Notes: generated from the letters alone by a model not told the origin. A stretch of DNA of 64,000 nucleotides from Colwellia polaris (GCA_047617785.1 JBLGBK010000001.1:65638-129637), one strand, 5' to 3'. Numbered from the stretch's first letter, positions 19,486-28,071 are shown. Made by a program: numbers and translations.

Positions 19486-20163
19486 TTACTTCTCCTCCTT
19501 TTCTTCATCTTCGTCTTCGGATTTTTCTAGTTCTTCTTCTGTCTCTTCAATTTCTTCTTCGATCTGTTCGTCGACTTCTTCCTCTTCTTCAGTTTCTTCC
19601 TGCATCTGTTCGAGCTGTTCTTCATCAATTTCTTCTTCTAGTTCTTCAAGCTCTTCTTCGTCCATATCCTGCATCTGCTGCGCTGCCTGCATCTGTTTCA
19701 TCATTTCGTTTTCTTCTTCAGCTGCTTCTAGGACTTCTTCTACTTCTTCTTCGTCGACTTCAATGCTGTCAAGATCTGCTTCTTCATAGCGCTTGATTCG
19801 TCTTTCATCTTCTATGCTTAGTGCTACTACTTGTAGGTTGGACGGTGGGAAGGGTACGTGTGCTTCCGTTCCATCCTGGCGATTCCTTGATAGGCCGTCA
19901 ATGTATACTTTTTGTTCTTCTCTGTTGATGTTTCGGATAATACCTTCGCTTCCTTCGTATTCTCCGGTCATGACTTTTACTCGGTCTCCTCTTCGTAGGG
20001 AGATTGTCTTGGTTTCTAGTTCATCTCTGATCTCGTCACTTAGCCGTGATGAGAGAAGCTTATCCTTTACATGTTTTGGAGCGTTTCTCTGGTATTTTCT
20101 CTGTTTGGAGGGTTTCTTGCTTGATTTCCATTCTTTGCTCCAATTTTCTGTTTTCTGTGTCAT
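19486..20163 (-). CDS. rpl24: 50S ribosomal protein uL24 with long acidic C-terminal extension
   Basis: S.KP.KQRK, RRGD.V.VM.G (KOW) and PSNL motifs, then ~100 aa rich in E and Q. Confidence 0.94.
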   Translation of the reverse strand: MTQKTENWSKEWKSSKKPSKQRKYQRNAPKHVKDKLLSSRLSDEIRDELETKTISLRRGDRVKVMTGEYEGSEGIIRNINREEQKVYIDGLSRNRQDGTEAHVPFPPSNLQVVALSIEDERRIKRYEEADLDSIEVDEEEVEEVLEAAEEENEMMKQMQAAQQMQDMDEEELEELEEEIDEEQLEQMQEETEEEEEVDEQIEEEIEETEEELEKSEDEDEEKEEK

Positions 20164-20177
20164 TATCTGTTAAACCT

Positions 20178-20576
20178 CTATACTACCTGTGATGCGATTT
20201 TTCCAATTGGACTGTAGCGTTGTACTACTTCTTTTGCTATTGGACCTCGTGTTACTGATCCTTTTGGAAGCCCTGTTTCTTCTACTAGTACTGCTGCGTT
20301 GTCTTGGAATTTTACTCGGAGTCCGTCTGGTCTCTGGAATTCTTTTGCTTGTCTTACGATGACCGCATCGAATACCTGGTGTTTGACTTCTTGGTCTCCT
20401 TTCAGGATTTTGACTTTGACTGTGTCGCCAATTCCTGCACTGTTTCTTCGGCTTCTTCGTCCTTGTCGGTGTTTTACCCCGATTATTTTGAGTTTTTTAG
20501 CTCCGCTGTTATCTGCGCATGTTAGTTCTGCGCCAATGTCTAGTCCTCTTGTGATGTTAGAACCTATTGGTTTCAT
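20178..20576 (-). CDS. rpl14: 50S ribosomal protein uL14
   Basis: CADNSGAK, RPDG.RVKF.DNAAV and GPIAKE motifs. Confidence 0.96.
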   Translation of the reverse strand: MKPIGSNITRGLDIGAELTCADNSGAKKLKIIGVKHRQGRRSRRNSAGIGDTVKVKILKGDQEVKHQVFDAVIVRQAKEFQRPDGLRVKFQDNAAVLVEETGLPKGSVTRGPIAKEVVQRYSPIGKIASQVV

Positions 20577-20580
20577 TGTG

Positions 20581-20868
20581 TTACTCCTCTAGTTCTTCTT
20601 CGTCTGCTTTTTCTATTATTACGTGGCTTTTGGTCTTGGAAATAGGGCGTGTTTCGCCGACTTTTACTGTGTCTCCTTCCTCGACTTCGATGTCTTCAGG
20701 TATGTGGACGGAGATCTTAGTGTTTCGTCTTTCTTTTCTCTCGTATTTAGGCACGTTTTCTGCGTATTCCCATCTTACGGTTGCTGTTTTCTCCATTTTT
20801 GTGGATACTACTCTTCCTGTGAATTGTCCGCCTCTTACTGGGTATTCTGTGTCGGTATTGGTTGTCAA
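20581..20868 (-). CDS. rps17: 30S ribosomal protein uS17 (TTG start)
   Basis: VRG..F.G.VVS.KM.KT, PKYER and ETRPISKTK motifs. Confidence 0.94.
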   Translation of the reverse strand: MTTNTDTEYPVRGGQFTGRVVSTKMEKTATVRWEYAENVPKYERKERRNTKISVHIPEDIEVEEGDTVKVGETRPISKTKSHVIIEKADEEELEE

Positions 20869-20922
20869 AGCTGTTTTGTCACCTTAAGTTTCTTTGTTTG
20901 TTCTTAGGTCGTGTGTTTTGTC

Positions 20923-21098
20923 GAGAAGGGGAAATTTCAACTAAACTGGATATTCCTTGACTATTCGTGTTAGTTATCTGCCAAAAAACCAGTGTCTAGG
21001 ATATGAAATACCTGTGATTTACGGGGTTTTTGACAGACCTAACCGAAAGTATCGAACCAAAGTGTTCGAGTTTCGTCAGGGAAATCGTATCCCTTCTC
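20923..21098 (-). ncRNA. Putative structured RNA or 5' leader upstream of rps17
   Basis: Nested complementary segments on the minus strand: GAGAAGGG/CCCTTCTC, TTCC-TGAC/GTCA-GGAA, TCGAAC/GTTCGA, and TTCG-GTTAG-GTCTGTCAAAAACC/GGTTTTTTGGCAGAT-CTAAC-CGAA. Confidence 0.55.
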
Positions 21099-21119
21099 AG
21101 GTCGTAAGATTAGAAGTGT

Positions 21120-21139
21120 AAGTAAATTTTAAAAGGGTG
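21120..21139 (-). promoter_or_regulatory. Internal TATA-like promoter (CACCCTTTTAAAATTTACTT) for rps17 onward
   Basis: TATA-like box with the same CACCCT flank as the rpl3 and rpl10e upstream regions. Confidence 0.55.
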
Positions 21140-21145
21140 GTTTAT

Positions 21146-21391
21146 CTACAGGCGATCTTCAGGTCTTTCAAGAATTTCTCGTCCATCTAGTTCTACTTTC
21201 TGATTCTGTAGTTCGAACCGGAAAACACGTCCTTGTTTAGGCACCTGATGATTAGCAATTGTTAAAGTATTCTGTGTTTCGTCAAGGACTTCTCCTTTGA
21301 TTCCTTCTTGAGAACTATCTGGAGAGTCTATCAGTTCAGCAGTTAAACCTATGAGTTCGTGTCTAGCCAGGTTTTCAGGTGTACGTGACAT
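21146..21391 (-). CDS. rnp1: RNase P protein subunit Rpp29 (Rnp1)
   Basis: HELIGL...GI.G.V.DET.NTL..VPK....RPEDR motif and canonical position. Confidence 0.92.
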   Translation of the reverse strand: MSRTPENLARHELIGLTAELIDSPDSSQEGIKGEVLDETQNTLTIANHQVPKQGRVFRFELQNQKVELDGREILERPEDRL

Positions 21392-21436
21392 AACAGAAGT
21401 AGATAGAAAGGATAAGAAAAGGAGTACTTAGGGAGT

Positions 21437-21745
21437 TTATCTCTGCACGTCGATTTGCTCCCGGTCAAATCCTTGGTCTACGAGGACATCTTCTATCCTA
21501 TGTAGGTGGTTGCCCTGTAGCTCTATCTTGCCGTCTTTGGCTGTTCCACCGCAGGCAAGTTTGGATTTGAGCTTGGATGAGAGGTCGCCTAGATCTACTG
21601 ATTCGTCGATTCCTTCGACTACTGTGACCTCTTTATTGTAGCTTCTTGTGTCGATTTTGACTTTTATGGTCTGGTCGTCTTTTGCTATATCGCCGCAGAC
21701 GCAAAGGTCTTTTGGCATTCCGCATTTTGGACAAGTCTCGGACAT
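21437..21745 (-). CDS. sui1: Translation initiation factor aIF1/SUI1
   Basis: CPKCG.P..LC.C and [11 protein letters not shown]...IELQG motifs. Confidence 0.95.
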   Translation of the reverse strand: MSETCPKCGMPKDLCVCGDIAKDDQTIKVKIDTRSYNKEVTVVEGIDESVDLGDLSSKLKSKLACGGTAKDGKIELQGNHLHRIEDVLVDQGFDREQIDVQR

Positions 21746-21791
21746 TTTAAGTATAATTTATAATGGAGAAAGGGAATTATTTAAAGGGATT

Positions 21792-21989
21792 TTATTTCTG
21801 TTCGTTGAGAACCGTCTTGATCCGTGCGATCGTTCTCTTCATTTCCTTGATCCGGCCAGGATTTTCGGAAAATCCTCCTACTTCGATCTGTCCTCTTTCT
21901 TCTACTAGTTCCTGTTTAAGGTCTGTCATTTGATCTTTGAGTTCTTCTTTATCCATTTCCCGGATTTCTTCTGTTCTTAGAATTGCCAC
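21792..21989 (-). CDS. rpl29: 50S ribosomal protein uL29
   Basis: ILR..EIREM and ENPGRI...RTIARIKT motifs. Confidence 0.95.
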   Translation of the reverse strand: MAILRTEEIREMDKEELKDQMTDLKQELVEERGQIEVGGFSENPGRIKEMKRTIARIKTVLNEQK

Positions 21990-22009
21990 TTTTTATTCAC
22001 CTTGAAATT

Positions 22010-23083
22010 CTATTTACGGTTCCTCAACCATTCAAGTAGGGTTTTACGGCCTTTGCCTTCTTCTTCAGCCTCGATCAGTTCTTCTACTGGAAGTTCTTCA
22101 AGATCTTCTTCAATTTCTCTTACTTGTTCCTTTGCTTCCTTAACTGTGCTGGAAACTACTTCTTCAGTATCTAGATCTTCGAGTTCTTCTTCAGCCTTTT
22201 CAAGCTGTTCTTCAACTTCTTCGACTTCCTCTTCGAGTTCTTCCTCTGCTTCTTCTACAGCTTCTTCAACTTCTTCCTCAATTTCTTCATCAAGTTCATC
22301 TGGCTGGTTCTCGAAGGCTTCTCTGACTTCATCCTTTGAGATTCCGCCTGTTTCTACTTCTTCTGGAAGTTCTTCGATTGCTCTTTCCAGTTCTGCTGAA
22401 GTCATGTCTTCTGCTTCTTTGATGATTTGGTCGATGATTTCTGGTTTCTCAGCTTCGTCTGCTTCTGCGCCTTCTGCCTGGTGCAAGATTTCTTCGTTTA
22501 CATCTACATTACGGTGCATGAACTCCGGTAGTTCTTTCATGATTCGGACTTTGACTCCGATTGCCCCTGGCTTTGTACGTGCTAGCTGGTATGCTTTTTC
22601 GACGTTGTCTTTGGATGTGTTTCCGCATCTCTTTACGTATCCGAAAGAAAATTTCTCTGTTCGTCCACGGTTTCCAGATAGCTTTCCTGTGATCTCTATT
22701 TCTGCTCCAATTACTCCTGCTTCCTTCATTCTTCGGATGTATGTGTAGCCGACACGTTTTGCGTGTCCTCCTTTTTCTAGCCATGAAGCGATGCTTTTTG
22801 CTACGATTTCAGCGTCGGAGTCTGCATTCTCTATCTCGTTTACTTCGATCTGTGGGTTCTCAAAGTCGAATTCTTCCTCTAGATCTGTAGTTAGTTCTTT
22901 AATTCGAGAACCTCCACGTCCAATTACAAGTCCTGGACGCTGTGCGTGTACTACTATCTTTGTTGATGTAGGTGTTCTGACAAGTTCGCTTTTACTGTAT
23001 CCTGCTCCTTCTAGCTCTTCTTCTAGGAACTCGTGCAGTCTTACCTTGCGTGCTCCTTGTTGTATAAACTCTTTTTCTTGCAT
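22010..23083 (-). CDS. rps3: 30S ribosomal protein uS3 with long acidic C-terminal extension
   Basis: RPGLVIGRGG (KH domain), GAEI.I.GKL and G.IGVKVRI, followed by an ~165-aa acidic tail. Confidence 0.95.
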   Translation of the reverse strand: MQEKEFIQQGARKVRLHEFLEEELEGAGYSKSELVRTPTSTKIVVHAQRPGLVIGRGGSRIKELTTDLEEEFDFENPQIEVNEIENADSDAEIVAKSIASWLEKGGHAKRVGYTYIRRMKEAGVIGAEIEITGKLSGNRGRTEKFSFGYVKRCGNTSKDNVEKAYQLARTKPGAIGVKVRIMKELPEFMHRNVDVNEEILHQAEGAEADEAEKPEIIDQIIKEAEDMTSAELERAIEELPEEVETGGISKDEVREAFENQPDELDEEIEEEVEEAVEEAEEELEEEVEEVEEQLEKAEEELEDLDTEEVVSSTVKEAKEQVREIEEDLEELPVEELIEAEEEGKGRKTLLEWLRNRK

Positions 23084-23098
23084 TAGTATAACCTCTTT

Positions 23099-23509
23099 CT
23101 ATTTTTCGCCCACTACGATTTCTACGTGAGCTCTTTTGTTTGTTCCCTGATGTCGTCCAGGAGTTCTGAATTCTCTTCCCTGATTGGTCACGAAGTCTTC
23201 GACATAAAGGTTTGAAGGGTTTAGTCCTTCGTGTTCTGCGTTGCTTTCAGCGCTTTCAAGTACTTCAAGCACGTTTTCTGCAGCTTTTACAGGATATCCT
23301 CCTGAGTCGCCAGGACCACTTCGGTGTCCTGCGTCGCTGTCGAACTTTGTGTAAGGTACGGGCAGTTCTTTTTCGATTACTTTGTTGAGTTTTCTCTTTG
23401 CTTTTTCAACTGAGTCTCCTTTCAGGAAGCGACCGATTTCGGTGCAGTCCTTCCAGGAAACGGGCATGTTTTTGCCCTGTGCCTTTGCCTGGTGTGTTGT
23501 TGTTTCCAT
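23099..23509 (-). CDS. rpl22: 50S ribosomal protein uL22
   Basis: AKA.G...VS.K...EI, GGYPVKAA and A..NAE motifs. Confidence 0.93.
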   Translation of the reverse strand: METTTHQAKAQGKNMPVSWKDCTEIGRFLKGDSVEKAKRKLNKVIEKELPVPYTKFDSDAGHRSGPGDSGGYPVKAAENVLEVLESAESNAEHEGLNPSNLYVEDFVTNQGREFRTPGRHQGTNKRAHVEIVVGEK

Positions 23510-23518
23510 TTTTGATCA

Positions 23519-23896
23519 CTACTTGAGCGGTACGTGCTTGGAAGATCTTGTTGCTCCAAGTCCTGGTGCGCTATGTGAGACTTTCTTCCGGGTTTTGGAT
23601 AGTTCTCCGAGGTAGTGGCCGATCATTTCTGCCTGAATTTCTACATCTAGGAATCCTTGGCCGTTGTAGACCTTGATTGTCTTGCCTACCATTTCTGGTA
23701 GAACAATCATGTTTCTTTCATGTGTCTTGGCCACATCGCTGTCTTCAAGTGTTTCTAGTAGCTTTTTCTCATCTTTGTTCAGTCCGCGGTTGAGTTTACG
23801 TCGTCCTCGTGCGTTGAGAAGTTCTGCGAACTCGTCGCGGCTCATTTCCTTGAGTTCCTCAATAGTCTTGCCTCGGTATTTGAAGTCTTCTGCCAT
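23519..23896 (-). CDS. rps19: 30S ribosomal protein uS19
   Basis: F.YRG, KTH.R.M.VLPEMVG and MIGHYLGE motifs. Confidence 0.96.
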   Translation of the reverse strand: MAEDFKYRGKTIEELKEMSRDEFAELLNARGRRKLNRGLNKDEKKLLETLEDSDVAKTHERNMIVLPEMVGKTIKVYNGQGFLDVEIQAEMIGHYLGELSKTRKKVSHSAPGLGATRSSKHVPLK

Positions 23897-23908
23897 TATT
23901 GTATCACG

Positions 23909-24610
23909 TTAATTCTTTTTCTTGCCGCTTCTCTTAGCGGCGATGTTTCCGACCTTTCTACCAGGCGATGCATGCCGGGATACGGTCTTTGCTTTTCCAG
24001 GTTTTGCTGATCCACCGAATGGGTGGTCGACTGCGTTCATTGCTACGCCAGAGACCTTTGGATACAGCTTGCCTTTGGCTTTCATTGCGTGGTGCTTGTT
24101 TCCAGCCTTGACGAATGGTTTGTCCTTTCGTCCGCCTGCGGCAACCTTTCCTACTGTGGATCGGCATTTCTTAGATAGTTTCTTGAACTTGCCGCTTGGG
24201 AGCTGGATTCGTACGCCGTCTTCTTCGTGTGTTACGACGAATGCGTATGTTCCGCTGCTGCGGACCATTTTTCCGCCTGCTCTCGGCTGTGTTTCTATAT
24301 TATGTATTGGTACTCCTTCAGGTATTTCTGCTAGTGGTAGTGTATTTCCTTCTTCGATTTCTGCGCTTACTCCGATCTCTATTTCGTCTCCTACTGCAAG
24401 GTTCTCTGGTGCGAGGATGTTTCTTGTTTCTCCGTCCTCGAACTCTACCTGTGCTACGGGAGCAGTCCTTGCTGGGTCGTGCTGTATATCTGTGACTGTT
24501 CCTGTTGTTTCTGCGTTTTTCTGTTCTACAGTGCCTTTGCCTTTATGGCTGCTGGCTTTGTAGTTTGGAGATCCTTTTCCTCTTCGTTGTTGTCTTAGTG
24601 GACTTCCCAT
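23909..24610 (-). CDS. rpl2: 50S ribosomal protein uL2
   Basis: HDPARTAP and GVAMNAVDHPFGG motifs. Confidence 0.97.
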   Translation of the reverse strand: MGSPLRQQRRGKGSPNYKASSHKGKGTVEQKNAETTGTVTDIQHDPARTAPVAQVEFEDGETRNILAPENLAVGDEIEIGVSAEIEEGNTLPLAEIPEGVPIHNIETQPRAGGKMVRSSGTYAFVVTHEEDGVRIQLPSGKFKKLSKKCRSTVGKVAAGGRKDKPFVKAGNKHHAMKAKGKLYPKVSGVAMNAVDHPFGGSAKPGKAKTVSRHASPGRKVGNIAAKRSGKKKN

Positions 24611-24626
24611 AGTTGATTCACCTTGT

Positions 24627-24893
24627 TTACATCATACCTAACTTGGTCGCTACATCCATCGCATCGTCTGATTCGCTTAGTGTGACGAATGCCTTTTTCT
24701 TTGCCTGTGGAGTGATAGCGGTGTTTACTTTTTTAACCGTGACATCAAACAGAGTTTCAACTGCGTCTTCGACCTGTGTCTTGTTTGATTCTAGATCGAC
24801 GATCAGTACTAGTTGGTTCTGTTCTACCAGATCCATTGCTTTTTCTGTTAGATGTGGATTCTGAATTATGTCCCATGCTTTTTCTTCCTGCAT
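24627..24893 (-). CDS. rpl23: 50S ribosomal protein uL23
   Basis: P.LTEKAM and KVNT.....KKAFV.L motifs. ATG chosen after a GAGGT SD sequence. Confidence 0.93.
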   Translation of the reverse strand: MQEEKAWDIIQNPHLTEKAMDLVEQNQLVLIVDLESNKTQVEDAVETLFDVTVKKVNTAITPQAKKKAFVTLSESDDAMDVATKLGMM

Positions 24894-24911
24894 CTTTTGA
24901 TTAAACCTCAT

Positions 24912-25667
24912 TTATTGGAAGAGGTTTTCCTCTTCCAGTCTGTCAACTGCGTTTTGACTCCAAACTGTGAGTCTTCCAGGCTTAATGCCTGAGGATAGCA
25001 GTTGTGCGTTCAGATTTTCTACAGATACTGCGTCTACGCCCGGGATGTTCTGGGCTGCTTTGATAGCATCTGTTTGTTCGCCGAAGACCATCAGTGGTCC
25101 TGTGCGTTTGTTGTATTTTCGTCCTCGGTTGCTTCCTTGACCTGCTCTGAAACTTACGTCTGCTGCTCGTTCAAGTTCTTCAGCCATTCCTAGTTCTTCA
25201 AGTTTCTCTTGGACTTCTTTTGTTTTTTCTAGGTCTCCAATTCCTTCTTCTACTATTGGTACTTCGCCATCGTATCGATGGTTCTCTTGTACGAGGTCTT
25301 CTTTTGTTGTTGCTGTGATTGCAGATCGAATTGCTTTTCTTCTTTCTTTGTCGTTGATTTCTTCGTCAAATTCTTTCTCTGCTTTTGGAGGGTGTGCTGC
25401 TCGTCCGCCTCTTGTTGCTGGAGACTGTGCTCCTTCTCCGTAAATCTGCATTCCACGTGAGTGCATTACTTTACGTGGGATTCTTGATTGTCCTCGTCCT
25501 TTCCGGCTTCTGTATGCGTTGTTTCGCTGTCTCCATCTTACTACGTGTCGGAGACCTGCCTCTGGATCTGCTCCGTATGGCTGTCTATTCTTGGATTGGA
25601 TTGAGAGGACTGCTCTCTTTACTATGTCCGGTCTTACTCGTTCCTCAAACTGGTTTGGTAGTTCCAT
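24912..25667 (-). CDS. rpl4: 50S ribosomal protein uL4
   Basis: RPDIVKRA, RQPYG and GGR.AHPPK motifs. Confidence 0.95.
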   Translation of the reverse strand: MELPNQFEERVRPDIVKRAVLSIQSKNRQPYGADPEAGLRHVVRWRQRNNAYRSRKGRGQSRIPRKVMHSRGMQIYGEGAQSPATRGGRAAHPPKAEKEFDEEINDKERRKAIRSAITATTKEDLVQENHRYDGEVPIVEEGIGDLEKTKEVQEKLEELGMAEELERAADVSFRAGQGSNRGRKYNKRTGPLMVFGEQTDAIKAAQNIPGVDAVSVENLNAQLLSSGIKPGRLTVWSQNAVDRLEEENLFQ

Positions 25668-25684
25668 TCTGTGTTAAACCTCGC

Positions 25685-26653
25685 TTATTGTTCTACGTAT
25701 GTTATTTCTGGTTTTCCAGGGTTTTCGTCTTTTCTCAGAGGTGTTCTGAGTCTTATCAGGCGGTTGGATGAACCAGGAACTGATCCTTTGACCATTATGT
25801 ATTCAGATTCTAGTTCTCCGTAGTTCTTGAATCCTCCGCTAACCTGTACGTCTTCAGGTTCTCCTGTTGAGAGGATTCTCTTGTTTAGTTCTGTACGGTT
25901 GTTGAATCCTTGCTGTCCTGGAAGCGGAATCTTCCAGCTTAGCTGGTCTGGATGCCATGGTCCAACGTTTCCGGCCTTTCTTCGTTTCTTCTGTGTCTTG
26001 TGGCCGAGTTTCTTGATTCCGTAACGTTTTACTGGTCCTTCCATTCCTTTTCCTTTAGTTACTGCAACTACGTCTGAATACTGTCCTTCTTCGAAGACGT
26101 CTGAGAAGTTGATTTCTTTTCCGATCATTTCTTCTGCGTATTCGAATTTTTCGTCTACTGAGCCTCCGATTGCTAGTTCGAAGTTTTCTGCTTTCTTTTT
26201 GGAGACTGCTGTTTTCTGTGGTTGTGTGTGGACTAGTAGTCGGACGTCTGTTATTTCGTCTTGTATTTCTTTTGCTGCTTCGAGGTTGTCCATGTTTCCT
26301 TCTTTTGGAGTGTCTACTGCCCGCTGTAGTTCTTTGGCTGGGCTTTCTGTCCATGCCTCTGTGAATACCTGCTTGCCAGAGTTCGGGTCTTCTGTGTAGA
26401 AGCGTGCTCCGTATACTCTGAGCGGTGGTGCTTCTAGTATTGTTACTGGTACTGCTTTTTCTTGTCCTTGTGTTGCTCCTTCTTGATCATCTACCATCAG
26501 GACTCTTGTCATTCCTGCTTTGTATCCTGCGTATCCTAGTGGTTTCTGTTCGTCGGTTTCTTCCCAAGAGTTGATTTCTGGGTAGATTCTTTCGGCTCTT
26601 ACTTTGGGTTTGAACCCAAGCGATCCGCTTCTAGGTCTGTTTTTCTTAGGCAT
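25685..26653 (-). CDS. rpl3: 50S ribosomal protein uL3
   Basis: RPR.GSLGF.P, GYKAGMT, TKGKG..GPVKR and KGSVPG motifs. Confidence 0.97.
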   Translation of the reverse strand: MPKKNRPRSGSLGFKPKVRAERIYPEINSWEETDEQKPLGYAGYKAGMTRVLMVDDQEGATQGQEKAVPVTILEAPPLRVYGARFYTEDPNSGKQVFTEAWTESPAKELQRAVDTPKEGNMDNLEAAKEIQDEITDVRLLVHTQPQKTAVSKKKAENFELAIGGSVDEKFEYAEEMIGKEINFSDVFEEGQYSDVVAVTKGKGMEGPVKRYGIKKLGHKTQKKRRKAGNVGPWHPDQLSWKIPLPGQQGFNNRTELNKRILSTGEPEDVQVSGGFKNYGELESEYIMVKGSVPGSSNRLIRLRTPLRKDENPGKPEITYVEQ

Positions 26654-26795
26654 GTTAGTGTTTTACACCTCTAAATCAAATTTGCAGACGCCAAATACAC
26701 TTGCTGTTAAGTGAACCTGTCACCTGCTGATTCCATTGGCCTCAAAGAGGCTTGGACTCCCATAGAACAACCTGACTAACGTCGGGTGTTCGAGA
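26654..26795 (-). promoter_or_regulatory. Structured 5' leader of the rpl3 operon
   Basis: ~140 nt between the TATA-like box and ATG with hairpins GAACA-CC-GAC/GTC-GG-TGTTC and GCCTC-TTT-GAGGC, and a GAGGTG SD sequence. Confidence 0.5.
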
Positions 26796-26809
26796 GTAAG
26801 AAAAGGATA

Positions 26810-26834
26810 GAAGTAAAATTTTATAAATAGGGTG
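26810..26834 (-). promoter_or_regulatory. rpl3 operon promoter (CACCCTATTTATAAAATTTTACTTC)
   Basis: TATA box TTTATAAA with a CACCCT flank. Confidence 0.6.
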
Positions 26835-26863
26835 TCCTATGCAAACCAAGCTCACAGCAGAGT

Positions 26864-27226
26864 TCATCTATCTGAGGGCTTAAGTGTAAACCTATATACA
26901 CAGTACTGCCAGTATATCGAAGCTAAAGTCACTATAACCGCTGCTGAACGGTAAACATAAATTGCTGTATTTTGGAGATTAGGTACTGAAGTTAAAACCA
27001 CAATCCTGAACATTGTTGCGACTATGAAAACAGCAGTTCCCGCCGCCAAGACCTTAAAAGCTCTTGGAGTTCCCTCACTGAGGAAAAGCGTCCTAGAACT
27101 GATCTCTGGATGCTCCTTAAAGTTATTATAGATGAGATAATACATAATTGCAATAGTAGACCACATTAAAGCCAACACCGAGCCGTAGATAAGATTGTTC
27201 TCAATCACATGAATCTCCTCGCCCAT
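26864..27226 (-). CDS. Small 3-TM membrane protein of unknown function
   Basis: 120-aa ORF with three hydrophobic segments. Confidence 0.65.
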   Translation of the reverse strand: MGEEIHVIENNLIYGSVLALMWSTIAIMYYLIYNNFKEHPEISSRTLFLSEGTPRAFKVLAAGTAVFIVATMFRIVVLTSVPNLQNTAIYVYRSAAVIVTLASIYWQYCVYRFTLKPSDR

Positions 27227-27525
27227 TTGAAAAACACATAGGATGAAATAGCAACGTGAATACCTCCTACCAATTCAGATGCTTCAATCAGAATTTGCAT
27301 TTCTAGTACATAACTTGCTGCTACCATCACGAAAGCTGTGACCATTGATATACTTGCAATACCCAACAGCCTGAAATCTTTCTTAAACCCTTCTGGGTCA
27401 AGCTGGAAAGATGCTGTAGCAGTTTCTTCCTTAAAAGTCATAGCGTAGAAAATCCCCAAAGAGGCTGCTACTATGACAATGGCGGCCAGAAGATAACCGG
27501 CCATCACTAATAGCGTAATCATCAC
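27205..27525 (-). CDS. Small 3-TM membrane protein of unknown function
   Basis: 106-aa ORF with three hydrophobic segments, overlapping the downstream gene. Confidence 0.65.
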   Translation of the reverse strand: MMITLLVMAGYLLAAIVIVAASLGIFYAMTFKEETATASFQLDPEGFKKDFRLLGIASISMVTAFVMVAASYVLEMQILIEASELVGGIHVAISSYVFFKWARRFM

Positions 27526-27692
27526 CTATAGATTGCGTCGCAATAGTTTTTATATTTCGTTCTCTGACCGGATTTCTTTAGAGAAAACTTCACGAAGATG
27601 CCCTCAGTACTGGAGCAATCTAAAAAAATCTGTACCGGTTAAAAATAAGCGAAAAAGCCCTAACCCCTGCATTAAGAAGTTGAAGTACTTGA

Positions 27693-28055
27693 CTAGTCTT
27701 CGATAAGTTCTTCAACCGTCTTTCTAAAGCTTGGAGAAAGCGCCTTAAGCACATTTTCCTTACGTTCTTCAGATAAATTCCTCACACTCTCTACCGTATT
27801 TTCTAGTTGATCTTCAAACTCTTGATCTGACTTAATCTCCTTCCTATAGTTTTGGAAGATAACTTGCTCAAGTATTTCTTCAGCACGCTCTCGAACTTCT
27901 GGAGATAGAACATGTAGCTCTTCAAGAACTTCCTTTCTGGTTTTAGAGTCTAGCAGATCTTCGATTTCTTCCTGTAGCTGTTCATCAATTGCCTCATCAG
28001 AAGTATTTGTGTTGAGGAACTGATCGTCTATATCTTCTAGCGCCATATTATACAA
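27693..28055 (-). CDS. Acidic helical hypothetical protein
   Basis: 120-aa ORF directly downstream of rtcB, with an internal repeat-like LSPEVRE / LSEERKE / LSPSFRK pattern. Confidence 0.6.
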   Translation of the reverse strand: MYNMALEDIDDQFLNTNTSDEAIDEQLQEEIEDLLDSKTRKEVLEELHVLSPEVRERAEEILEQVIFQNYRKEIKSDQEFEDQLENTVESVRNLSEERKENVLKALSPSFRKTVEELIED

Positions 28056-28071
28056 TTGTGATCTTTCTCAT

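Noticed and set aside
19490-19780. TTC/TCT-rich repetitive DNA (also at 22050-22400)
   Set aside because: It simply encodes poly-Glu tails and is not a CRISPR array or satellite.
14670-26399. Many long plus-strand ORFs opposite ribosomal protein genes (e.g. 15121-16152, 22002-22748, 23922-24563)
   Set aside because: Antisense shadows caused by strongly biased codon usage. They are Ser/Phe/Leu-rich with no recognisable motifs.
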